Source: Syncephalis fuscata S228 (Eukaryota; Fungi; Zoopagomycota). From it: DNA of 64,000 nt. How positions within the stretch are numbered: the stretch's first letter is position 1; the number at the start of each line of letters is the position of its first letter. This document shows positions 1 to 12,603 of this stretch, piece by piece. The stretch lies in the NCBI GenBank assembly GCA_025786725.1, contig JAHLTZ010000023.1:310001-374000 (forward strand), read 5' to 3'. The notes beneath the pieces are model-generated. The model saw only the letters and a list, made by a program, of their open reading frames with translations. It was not told the origin of the DNA and made no database searches. The position numbers and the translations under genes were made by a program.

Positions 1-1110
1 GACCAGTTGGTAAGATGGCCGGTATCAATAAGCGTTGTTGACGAGATGCATGAGCCTGGAAAGGAATGCGCGACTGTAGATACGTGTATGGACTTGTATA
101 TGAAGTAATTGATGAATCGGGTTCATCTAAATTGTCGATAGAAGCATTAGCTATACCACGATTTTGTTGCTGTTGTTGCTGTTGCTGTTGCCGTGCCATA
201 TTGGCATGGAACGCTTGAGCAGTATCAGCAATCTTAGCAGCTGCTGGTGGTATTTTATCAGCTTCAGTACCAGCCAGTGCAGCAATAGCGCCGGGTACTT
301 CAGTGTTATTTAAGTTAAAAATCATCTTTTGTAAGTGATCCGGTACCGGCATATTTTTGGAAATAAGCTTAAAAGCGTATATTTGATTGCGTAATGCTGA
401 CAGTTGTGTCTGTGAAAATGGCACCATATCATTGCCTGTAGAATTGGCACCATTGGTCGCTGGTTTGTTATTACTAACTGTTGCATTACCGCCAGATGTT
501 GGTGGCCCAGAAGTACCAGCAGATGATATACCTGTCATTGGTATCGATTGACCTGCTGATAGATTACGACCCTGTAATGATGTTGACATAGCAGCACGTT
601 GTGCCATTTGTTGTTGTTGTTGCTGCTGCTGCTGCTGCTGCTGTTGTTGTTGTTGTTGTAAAACTGCTTGTTGAGCAGATAGTCCAATTTGATCTAAAGT
701 GTATCAATTTAGTAAATAAATAAACAAATAATAGTTACGACAACTTACTTGTTGCTGGTTGAGCAGATAGTCCCAATTGACCTATCAAATTATATTAGTT
801 AATATTTTGATAAATAAACAAATAACACTAACCTGTCGTTTGTTGATTACGATGGACTACTTGTAGAACACCAATCAATCGAGCATACTCCGCGCTATTT
901 TGCTCGTTGGCACCTTGTAATGCTAGTGCATGGACCGACTATATCACAATAATAGCCATGGTATTAGCGATCTACACGTCTTACTATTTTTTTATCGCAA
1001 CCTACCGAGATCATGTTCCGAATCCTTTCAGCGGTTAGCGGCGCTGCCAACCCACTAGTGGATGATCCTCCAATATTAGGCAGCGAGGCTGCGGGCGGTG
1101 GCTGACTCAT
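1..1110 (-). CDS. 5' part of a QLQ-domain protein, probably SNF2/Sth1-type SWI/SNF-RSC chromatin-remodelling ATPase; continues past the left edge
   Basis: Spliced translation from ATG 1110 (MSQPPPAAS...), a polyQ tract, then the QLQ motif PFSQTQLSALRNQIYAFKLISKNMPVPDHLQKMIF at about 422-320. The ATPase domain is not in the window. Confidence 0.8.
608..659 (-). repeat. CAG/CAA trinucleotide tract encoding polyQ
   Basis: (ttg)n(ctg)n(ttg)n on the plus strand within the QLQ gene. Confidence 0.95.
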
Positions 1111-2202
1111 GATGGCCTGTACACCAAACGGCCACTGTGTCCCTGATTCGTTTAAACGTGTCAATCAAGAACAAAAGTGCAGACTAACAATAGGAGTATC
1201 GCTTTGTATTTATAGATTCGACTAGTCGTATTGGTCAGTGTCGTGTGGGTGGTAGAATGGTGGTGGGTGGTTGTGTCAAACACGCACTACTCGTTTGTCC
1301 TCACACTCGCACACTCGTACAAATATAGTTTAATGGGTGAGTGTGTGTTGTTGTGTAGTGTGTGTGTATCGTGTGTTTTTATCGGATGTAGCGTGGTGTT
1401 GTTATGAGAGAAGGAGAAGACAGAAAGTGAGAGAACGAGTAAGAATGTGACGATATGATGAGTGGGAATAGAGATAAGTAGAGAGGAGGCTAGTAAATGA
1501 GTGTATGAAAGAGGGATTTGGTGTGAAAAGGAGATGGAAATTTGACAGTTTATAATTTGATAGTTTGATTACAATACACACTATTGGATAATATTGATAA
1601 TTATTAACATCTATATTAATATTGGTATTAGCGTTAATGTTGTTGTTAGTATTATGCTGTTGGTATTAGTATGCAATATATATATATTAACTAATAAATA
1701 TCAATGCTATTAGAGTTAATAATTTAATTTTTATTAATTGATTAATTAATTAGTTAAATAAATAGGCTATTTATTATCAAATACTGTTTATAAATACTAT
1801 ATCATATTAATTATACTTTATTACTATTAAGATAAGTAACAGTATAGAGCAGTACAGGATAAAGTTGTTGTCTATTATACTAATAAATATTGATTGAAGC
1901 AGTCATAAAATAATAGTGTCGGATTTAGCCGAATTTTTATTTTTTTATTTTTTATTTTAATCACCGTAATTTGTGTGTGTGTGTGTGTGTGTGTGCGGAG
2001 TAAGAGACACGAGAAACGGTGAATATACAACCGTTGTACTTCTTTGAATCTATTCAATCTTTGTTAGTCCATGCATTGGTGTTGTTGTTACTGCTGTTCC
2101 TTTTTATACCGTTAAGTCATATTTGGTACGGGATTTGACTTGGCTGTGTATACGTGCAGGTCTACACATATCTACCAGTAAGAACATTCTTGGTAGACCA
2201 TA

Positions 2203-5200
2203 ATGCTTTCCCAATGGCTTTATCGCCGATCTAATCGGCTTTCAAAGAGTCTGGTCAATACGACCACGGCTATGACAGGCCGAGTCGCATATCATACATC
2301 TATTAACGTTAGAAATGGACACGGTATTACACATACTAGCTGTAGTATGTCATTACAGCCACGGTCTATAGTATTAAAACGCGACCAATCCACTGCTGCT
2401 GTCACGTCTCTAGCACAAACGCAAACATCGTCACCACCACTACCACCACCAGTATCATCAACAACGGAAACGAATCCAGCTACGATTAATAACACTACAC
2501 CATTGCTTCAGCTACATCCAAACTAGCTAATAACAGTTTGGCACTTGCAACTCCACTGGTTATTCCTTCAGATACCATCTTTCTAGGTGGTAAAGGACCA
2601 GATATGGAGGAACAAATATCAATTATGCTTATTTGTTTGAAGAGTGGCCATATCGATCGTGCTCATACAATTCTAAAAACACTTGCCAAGAACAAACCAA
2701 TTCGACAGTCGCGATTCTTTGATGTCAATTTGCATAACTCGTTTATTGAGGCATATATATCAAAACCGGGCCGACCTGATACACGTCAAGCACTCTACTG
2801 GTTCGATGAGATGAAGAAATCAGGTGCCAAACCCAATACAACAACTTATGCCATTTTAATTAAAGGGCTTATTCGGTAAGTAGTAATTAGGATGAACTGG
2901 CCCAGAATGGTTTATTAATGGCCATAATTAGTGAAGGAACTGCAAATACAGCAAAGATTGTAATCAAAGAAATGATTAAAGAAGGACACGACATTAATAC
3001 ACTCATTGCTAATCGACATCTTTCCGACGATGATTTAAAGGCGCTAAATGTATGTAGGAGTACAAATATAACCAATTATTTATTAATCGTTAAATATAAT
3101 TAGCTGTTTCGGCAAAGAGCATCACCACAACCAAAAACGGATATTACGGTAGAAATGCTTGATACTATTAAGCCATCAGCCCCTTCATCGTTTAAAAATA
3201 ACGAATTAGCAACAAATACTGAATCTAATTTGGTCAATGAACTACCCAAGGCGCGTGCCACTAACGTAAGTAATTAGTAAGAGCAACACTCATTACAGTA
3301 AACACTAATCATTTTGCTATAGGTACTGGGACTTAAACTATTAAAGAAATCGTTAAATCCTATTAACGCCAAAGATTTGGACCAATATGAACGTCAATTG
3401 CAACTTGAAGAACAAGCAATGGTGGCATCACTTGAACGTTTAAAATCGTCTAGTGATGAACAATTTATTGGTATGAAATTAAGCTCATCTCCACTGCGTC
3501 GATTGATGTGGAAATGGCATCAAAAACTGACACCACTTATTGAACAAGAACAAGAAAGTGCCCGTATCCATATTGGCAGTAAGTGATAACATATAATGGA
3601 GTGACTATTCCATTGTACTTACGATTGCTTCTACTATTATAGAAAGGAAAGAGTCAACCCGTAATGCATGTGCTCCATTCGTTGGCCTACTCGATGCTGA
3701 GCGTCTATCTGTATTAACAATTCAACAAATGCTACGACTACATAGTACAGGTGGTATTGTTGGTGGTATGAAGACGGCTCGTGCAGTGTCTGAAATTGGA
3801 CGAGTTATTGAACAAGAATACTGTGCCGAACAAAGACGAGCAAATCATAATAGCTTTCTTGTAAGTACTTATTATTATTATTATTATTAAACGTTTAATT
3901 TACCTATACATACACTATTAGAAAGAGAAACGTAAAAATTTACAAGAACTTTATTCGTCGGGTCAATTATTTGATGTTGAAGAACGGAAAAAACAGGCCA
4001 AGTTACTTAAGGACAGTCCCAGTGAAGATTGGATGCCACAATGGCCGACTTCTGTTCGCATTAAGGTATATAACTTATTATTTAATATATTGATAATAGT
4101 TAATTAATTGACATTTATTCAGTTGGGATCATTACTTTCATCTTTATTAATGAGTATAGCCAAGATTACAGTACCTCAAATTGACCCAATAACTAAAGAA
4201 AAGACGTGAGTTATTAATATATTATTTACTAATTATTGGTATTAATTTATATTTAATTAGTGAAATTGAAGCTGATGCCTTCTTCCATACTTATATGTTC
4301 GCACAAGGACATCGAACGGGAGCAATTCGTATGCACTCCAAGTTATCTGAACTGTTTTCGCGTGACTCTATTAATGAAGCATTGGATCCACGTATGTTGC
4401 CAATGCTTGTATTACCACGACCATGGGTTCGATATGATAGTGGCGGCTATCTATCACGACAAGGTACTTTTTTTACTCCTAGTACTGTTAATTAGATTGT
4501 TAATATTTAATACTATAGGCATTTGTATGCGAATTAAGGATTCGCCGGAACAATTCAGATATCTTAAAGAAGCATCAAATCAAGAAAGAATCTCATCAGT
4601 ACTTAATGGCCTTGATGTTCTTGGTAGTACGCCGTGGAAGATTAATGAAAAGGTGCTTAGTGTAGCACTCTATGCCTGGAATTCTGGTAAGCTATTAATA
4701 ATATTAGTATTAACATGGCTTGCTATTCTACTACATATTTATGCTAATGTGATGTTAATAGGCAAGGATTATCCATGTATTCCTTCTTTAATGGAAAATA
4801 TGAATTTACCACCAAAACCTGAAAATATACCAGAGAATTATCAAGAATTACGTAAATGGCATTTAGATGCTAAAAGACTCGAAAATGAATTCCGTAATCA
4901 TCATTCACAACGTTGTGATGTCAATTACAAAATAGAAATTGCTCGAGCTGTAAGTATTTAATACAACAGTTTTATATTTAATATTAATATTTTATAGTTT
5001 GCTGGTGAAACTATTTATTTTCCACATAATCTTGATTTTAGAGGACGTGCCTACCCTATTCCACCTCTATTTAACCATCTTGGTAATGATATCTGTCGTG
5101 GTCTTTTACTATTTGCCGAAGGAAAGCCATTGGGTAAACGAGGCATGGAATGGTTAAAGATTCAAATAGCTAGTTTAGCCGGCTATGACAAGTAAGTGAA

Positions 5201-7182
5201 TAGTAGTAATTATATGTATTTATAGTGATTAACAATAATATGTATTTATCAATAATAGACATTCATTTAAAGAGCGTATTGAATTTGTTGATCAGCATTT
5301 AGATGATATATTCGACTCGGCTGACAATCCTATTGATGTAAGTTAATTGGTATAAGTAATAAGATATTACTAAATCATACTAATATTATTGACATTTAGG
5401 GACGTCAATGGTGGCTTAAAGCAGAGGATGCTTGGCAGATATTGGCTGCGTGTATTGAATTAACTGAAGCATTACGATCTCCAGATCCATTAAAATATAA
5501 AAGCCATATTCCTATCCATCAGGTATAATTATAAAGAATATGATAATATACTAGTTAACTAATTATTGTTATTGTTATTGTTATTATTAGGATGGTACTT
5601 GTAATGGTCTACAACATTATGCTGCCTTAGGTGGCGATGTACAAGGTGCAACTCAAGTCAATTTATTGCCATCAGACTTTCCACAAGATGTTTACACAGG
5701 TGTTTGTAATTTGGTCAATCGATCAATTGATGAAGAAGCAAAACAAGGTGTTAAAGAAGCAGTAGCACTTCAAGGCAAAGTGAATCGTAAAGTAAGTTAT
5801 ATATATATATATATATATTTAAAGCGCCTTTATTTATTTAACTGATATATGTACGTAGATTGTTAAGCAAACGGTTATGACCAATGTCTACGGTGTTACA
5901 TTTGTTGGTGCTCGTGATCAAATTGCTAATCGCCTTAAAGAATTGGACGATTTACCTCAAGAGCATATATGGCAATATTCAACCTATCTGACCCATCAAG
6001 TATTTAATTCACTTGGTGAGATGTTTGAAGGTGCTCGTGCCCTTCAAGATTGGTTAAGTGAATCGGCTCGACGTATTGCTAAAAGTCTACCCGCTGAAGT
6101 ACTCGAAACAAAGCCTAGTAATAAGAAATCAACTAAGCTGAATAAGTCAAAGAAGAATGGCAGCAACGCAGGCCGGCGACAACAACTAATGACCAATGTT
6201 ATATGGACTACACCATTGGGTCTACCTATTGTACAGCCATACCGTAGAAATACTCGTAAATTGGTTAGTATTTATTATAATAGTAGCTATAATGATTAAT
6301 TCATATTTTATTTATTTATTTAGATACGAACAGTGTTGCAGTCCATTACTGTATCTGATCCGACTTTAGAGACACCAGTGAATGCTCAAAAACAAAGAAC
6401 GGCTTTTCCACCCAACTTTGTTCATTCGCTTGATGCCACACATATGCTATTGTCGGCTATTGCTTGTCAGCAGCATAAGCTTACATTTGCTGCAGTTCAC
6501 GATAGTTACTGGACACATGCCACGGATATCGATAAGATGAACGTATTGTTACGTGAACAGTTTATTGCTCTTCATAGTCAACCATTGATGGAGAATCTAC
6601 GTAATGAGTTTATTGAACGATATGCCAGTTACAAAATGCCCGCCACTGTTCTTAATAAACCGGCTGTAGGACTAATCAATAGATCGACAAAAACATTAAA
6701 GAAAGAAGAGATGCAACAGCATAACACATTAATTGTAGAACAAGAACTGTCAAATACGGCAATACCGCAGTGATCACTGAACTACAAATGATACGGCAAT
6801 ACCGATGGATGCAGACACACGAGCTGCCATGACTGTTGATGCCACCATTAATGAGACTGAGCGTATCATTGATCCAATGGCACCGGCAGATGAACATTTA
6901 GACGATACAGAAGAAGGTGATATTGTTGAAGAGTGTGATAGTGATGGCCGGTCTACTGGTAAGACGACCACCACTGATCAGTATACTCGACACGATGTGT
7001 CATCTAGTATTACGGGAAAAGAGTCTGAAATGACCAATACAAACGGTGATACAACTTCATTAGAACAAGAAGAATCAGTAGCGGCAAAAACAACATGGAT
7101 AGATTTAGAATTCCCGCCATTACCACCTCGTGGTAAATTTGACATTGCATCTGTAAGTCAAAGTAACTATTTCTTCCATTAA
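2203..7182 (+). CDS. RPO41: Mitochondrial (T7-like) DNA-directed RNA polymerase with N-terminal PPR repeats, multi-exon
   Basis: Motifs [77 protein letters not shown] and C-terminal YFFH. PPR-like [22 protein letters not shown]. Basic N-terminal presequence. Frame breaks near 2500 and 6775. Confidence 0.96.
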
Positions 7183-7451
7183 TTACAATAATAGTAATAG
7201 TAATAATACTTTACATTATGGTATTATTAGCGTTAACAATGCCATTTAACATATAAACCATATAAATACGCACTACTTGCCTGCATGTATGATAGAACAT
7301 AATCATTAGGCGCGTCAATTTTTATTCACTCGTTTTATTATTAGTATAAAAGTAAAAAAAATAAACAGATGAAATTCGCCTTTCATATTTATATACTAGT
7401 CATGTTATATATATATATAGGAAGAGAGAGAATGTGTGTATATGTTATTAG

Positions 7452-10400
7452 TTAACCGAAATACAAACGAATGATTTGAGTAATTGCTCGTCGACAAACA
7501 CAACAGTGTTCATTTAACGTAAGGGCACACTTTTCACAAGTGACAGCGTGTCCGCATGGAATAATAACATGTGAAATGGGCTGTTCATAACAAATACGAC
7601 AACGCCATTCAGTGGGTACAGAAGGTGTTTCCGATTCAGTTTCTTGACCGGCTGCTTCAAGTCGTACTTGTTGCTCGCAGGCCATTTTTGATAATTCTGC
7701 TTGCATACTTTCAAGTTGTTCATTAACTTGGTGTAAATAAATATTTTCTTGAAGTAAACGTCGGTTGGTGCGCTGGATTTCAAATAATTCCTCTTGTAAA
7801 CGTCGGAAAGCATCCCTTTGTGCCTCAATATTGAGCGGTAATGAATCATCATGGTCGGGTGGCACTATAGCCGGTGACGGTGATGACGGCGATGATGATG
7901 ATGATGTTGATACGGTTGGATTAACCGTAACTACTGGTTCTGGTAATGGTGGTGGCAAAGGCGCACGTCCACGTGGTACTGTACGTAACGGCATAGTTGG
8001 TGTTGAAGATGGTAATGTTGTTGATGTAGATGCTACTGCTGCTGATGTGGATACTGATGTTACTACTACTGATGTTGCTGTTGTGGTGGTGGTGGTGGTT
8101 GCTGCTATTGTACTTGTACCAATTGATGTGGTGGATGGCAATCCTCTATCGTGGTTGTTATTTGATGACTCTAATCGTCGTGAATAATGTTGATTTCTAC
8201 GCGATCCTTCCTCTGTAAAATGACTATTACCAATGTTAGTATCACGTTCATCAAATGATACATTTCGATGACCATTGTAAGAATGGTGACGTGATGATCG
8301 TGAATCCGAGCCATTAGTATCATAATTATTATAATCAATATTAGTATTGGCATTATTAATGCTATTACTATTACTATTGCCGTCATTTAATGAGGATCGT
8401 TGATTACGTTGATTTCGATGTCGTATACCTTCATCCACTCTATTATTGGTCTGCGTCTCATGGTGTAAATCTGCCGGTTCTAATGGCGGCGGTAATATAA
8501 CATTAACCCGACCATAGTTTGATAGACCAGTCGATTGACTACTGCCTCGTGAACGTCCAAATGATGAAGCAGATGTTGAAGTATTCGTATTGTTGCCATT
8601 ATTAGTCCTCGGTTCATTTATATAGTTCGATGAGGTAGACTGATTCGTTATAGCGTTGTTATGTTGTGTTGCAGACTCGTTTGATGTAAATCGAGTACTG
8701 CCACTTGCCGAATTACCATTAGTAGTTTCATGATGTCGAGGTGTCTTTTTCTTGTTATTATCACGTGTTTTTGCACCTTGTGTTGGACCTGGGCTGTTAT
8801 CTAAATTATAATGTCGATGGCTGTGTTGGCTAAATGTCGTAGGATCATTGGCGGTGGAAGAGCGATAGTTTGATGAAGTAGAAGTTGCGGGTCGTTCCAA
8901 GCTTGCAGATCTTGAATTAGTTGTTTGGGTACCAATAGATAAATAATGAGCTTGTCTACTTGATTCACGTAATTCGGTCGATTCATTTGCCGTAGAAGTT
9001 GTTGATGAACTTTCTGTACCCAATGCTAAATCGCGTTTATTTCGTAATGTCTTTTTCTTCTTCTTATTAGACGACTTTTTACCAGTTTCATTAGTATTTA
9101 ATAATTCCGTTTCTAATAGAAATAAATCTGCGTCATTTTCGTTTATACAAGACTGCGGCTGTTTTGATGTAGATGCCGTAGCATTACCAATATCAGTCAT
9201 AACAGATGGACGCGTGTGTCGACCTGTTTCAGTAGATGTCGGTGCTATTGGCAAATCTGACGACTTGTCCAACGATGCGACATTATTGGTATTATGCCGA
9301 GCGTGATTAGAAGTTACAGTTAAGCTAGATGTCGTATTTTTTGTTGTTATCGTCGAATGGACATTATTCTGCTCAGCCATATTAAATACCCAGATTGGAC
9401 CATCTTCGCTGTCAATGGCAGTCGATCCATTGCATGATTGAGAAGTAGATGGTTGTGGCTGTTGGTCACGACTTGAATGTTTGTTTCTATGCTTATTTTT
9501 AATTTTACAGAGGAATGTTGAATTGGGGTATTGCTGTTGTTATTTTCATTGAGTGGTGGTGGTGGTGTACAAGTAGACGTCTCCAGTGCTGCTACTGCAG
9601 TTGTTGTTGCTGTTGCTGTTAAAGTTGTTGAAGTTGAAGTTGTGGCTATTGTAGATACATTTGGGTCTGATGGGTTTGTCTGTATACTTGCCACACCATC
9701 GGTATTCTAAATAAACTATTGTTAGTGCTGATTAATTAATAATTATTAGATTAGTACTAACCAGCTGTGTTAAAGAGCGTCGTCGATTAAGAATTTGTGC
9801 ATTATTAGAACTTGAATCAACAGAACATGTTGGATGTCGTAAATGCAATGGCTGTTCGAATGGAACATGCTCTGCCCATAGCACCCAAGCACATCGATTT
9901 GGCTGACCATCTTTGGCATGGCGGCAAATAAACCGATATCGTCGACCAGATGGCGATCCTGGTATTTCCCTCTCATCTACTACAGGATCGCCGCAATAAC
10001 ACTTTGGTGTTTGCATAAATTGATAAGGACCTTGGTTAAAAGAACGAAATGCTATTCGAAATGTAGTATTAAACCATGGGCACATCATTAGCTCTAGATT
10101 CTCGTAGGCGGGCCGTGGATAGATTTCAGAGGGCCGGACAGGTGGTGGCTCATTAGAATTACCCGGTCGTTGCATACGGCTTGTATACTCAAACCAGGCA
10201 TTTTCCTGTGCACATATTTCTTGCCACGCATCTTCGTGAACGTGAAAACAGCATATAGGCGGATCAATAGTCTTTTCCCAATGCTGTTTTAGTGCATATA
10301 ACATGGCACGCCAATGAATATCCGGCATCAATGCCGATTTACGATCTGGATGCGATAGCCAATTGAACTGCAATTTAGTCAATGGATCTTTGCCGTTAAT

Positions 10401-10826
10401 CTCTGGCACTATCTGACCAAGCTCTATGTTATCATCGCCACTACCGCTATCGCCTAGGATAGCCTTCGCCGTCTCTGCCTCTCGCACACGCCGATTCGCT
10501 TGAATGCCTTTTTGTAGCTTTGTTCCTACAGCAGTTGGAGACGGCCTACTACTCGGTGAAGTTAGTCGATTCATATGGTGACAGTCATAAACGCCTCCAA
10601 TATCAGGTGACTCGGTCCGCGAGGCAGGCAGGCCGCAGAAGCAAAGTACGGTCTTGGATTTGAGCATAATGACATCGGGCGGTGCCTTTTGTTTGGAGGG
10701 TGCGCCATTGTTATGATTGTCGGACGATCGCAGCGCTGGACGCTTTCCAAACGACGTTCGGCGATTGTCGTGTTGTTGTTGACGGTGGTGGGCGCTAGAA
10801 TGTCCAGCATACTTATGCTGTTGCAT
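7452..10826 (-). CDS. Protein with two GRF-like zinc fingers, long low-complexity linker, coiled coil and C-terminal C3HC4 RING (putative E3 ligase)
   Basis: CFCGLPA...YDCH and PKCYCGDP...GRRYRFICRH...RCAWVLW in ORF 9732-10877. CRICYEQPISHVIIPCGHAVTCEKCA...CCVCRRAI at the end of ORF 7452-9380. Joining them needs an intron at about 9750-9708 and one frame break near 9500-9540; they could be two genes. Confidence 0.65.
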
Positions 10827-12603
10827 GACGAAAGGATACAGAATGTTGCTATTGTTATAAAAGGGAAAAACGAACAAATCTGAACAAAGAACAAATACGT
10901 AACGCTATTTTCAGCACCAAATACATAAGTAAATAGACTTGTCAGTGAGTGTGCGTGTGTGTGCGTTTGTGTATGGATGGTAAACGTGCTTATGAAATAT
11001 ATTGATTTCCATTACTTATTTCTTTTTTTAAAATTGCAAATGATGGCTCATAGAATATCATCTCAATGAAAGTGTGACGTGATTCGACGGCTATTCCTCT
11101 TATTGACGGTGCAACATCGTCATTATACTTGTTTAGTCCTCGCCAATCATTTTAACAATACAACATTAAGCTTTTCTGTATAGTAATAATAAATTGCTGG
11201 TATAAAGTGATTAGTAGTATTACCTATTGCTATTAATACTATAATTATAACTATCATTCTTATTATAATTATTTTATCTTAATTAATAAAATGATTTATA
11301 GATATCGATACTATTTTCTCTTTATTCATAAACTTGGTAGGCATTGCTAAAAAACATAAAGCTGTTGTTTACACATTGTACCATTGTGCCGTTTGGTTAT
11401 TGTTATTATTTAAATATGAATGTTCAATAAACGTCAACTTAACATAACAACAAACTTGTCAAGGCAGTTGTATAGAAACAAGTTAAATAGTGTCAACCTA
11501 TTTTCTATATCCCATATGATTTACAAGAATAGTACAATGGTTGTGAAAAATTGAATGCACTACTTGCCATACAGATTTCTTGGCATCTTGCCTTTATTTT
11601 TTAAATAGAATATAGCTAGGCTGATCTATTATAGCTATTATTAGAGCATAATGCGCAGTTTAAAAAGCAACATTTAATATACCTTTTTACCTATTTTCCT
11701 TATGGCCATTACCATTTTAATAAAGCAGCATGTATAGTTAAAATAGCAATACTGTTGTTTTATTAACCAAATCGCTGTAGATCAAAAATAGCTGAAAAAG
11801 CTGCAGTTACATGTACATGCTACAGTTACAATTCCGCTTATCGCTATATTGTTTGAGCTGCCGCAGAATCTTTATCGTAAACGGCAATAGCTCCCTTATT
11901 GTTTCAGATAGCACGTGGCCGTTTTGATCATCTACAGTAATATATGGCGTTATTGTCATATTTAGTGTGTAGCATTTTAAGCCATTTTGCTATTTCAGCA
12001 AATAATAAAAAAGCTTCGGAGTGTTCAATATAACTTTGCGGAGTGTTTTACATTTAATTTGCATATGGAAATGCACAAATCAAATAAGGTTGCTGTCAAT
12101 TTACATTTGCTATTTCGAACATTCCTTATGTTCGGAGGTAGAAACATTCCGGTAGTTTTTTTATTCCTTTGACAGCATAAATAAACGATATTTGCGGATG
12201 TATCTGCTATTCGCTACCTTTACGCAACGAACTCCTATGATTAAGACAATTTTTGCCGTTATCAAAATTTTGAACGATTTTCAGCTGTCTTGAGAAATTC
12301 TAAACAGCCTTTTTGCACCACTTATCCAGCAACATTTAGATCGACACTTTTCCCAAGTGTTACAACTACTCTGCTAAACGAAGCAACTATTGAAGAGCCG
12401 CCAATATTTAAATTCGCATCATTGCCACATTTGCTGCTGCTTATTCTATCTTCTCACCTTCCAAAGTGCTACCTCTTCTACTTCTACTCTATTCCCTTCT
12501 TTCAGTCCACCCTCCTCTTCTTGCTACCACCTTCATCGACTGATAAATAGCGCCCTGGTGGCGTTTGCATTTTTACACATCAAAAAGTTTTATATATATC
12601 ATC

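Noticed and set aside
2203-7182. Phage or linear-plasmid T7-like polymerase
   Set aside because: Many spliceosomal introns, presequence and PPR extension identify it as the ordinary nuclear-encoded mitochondrial enzyme.
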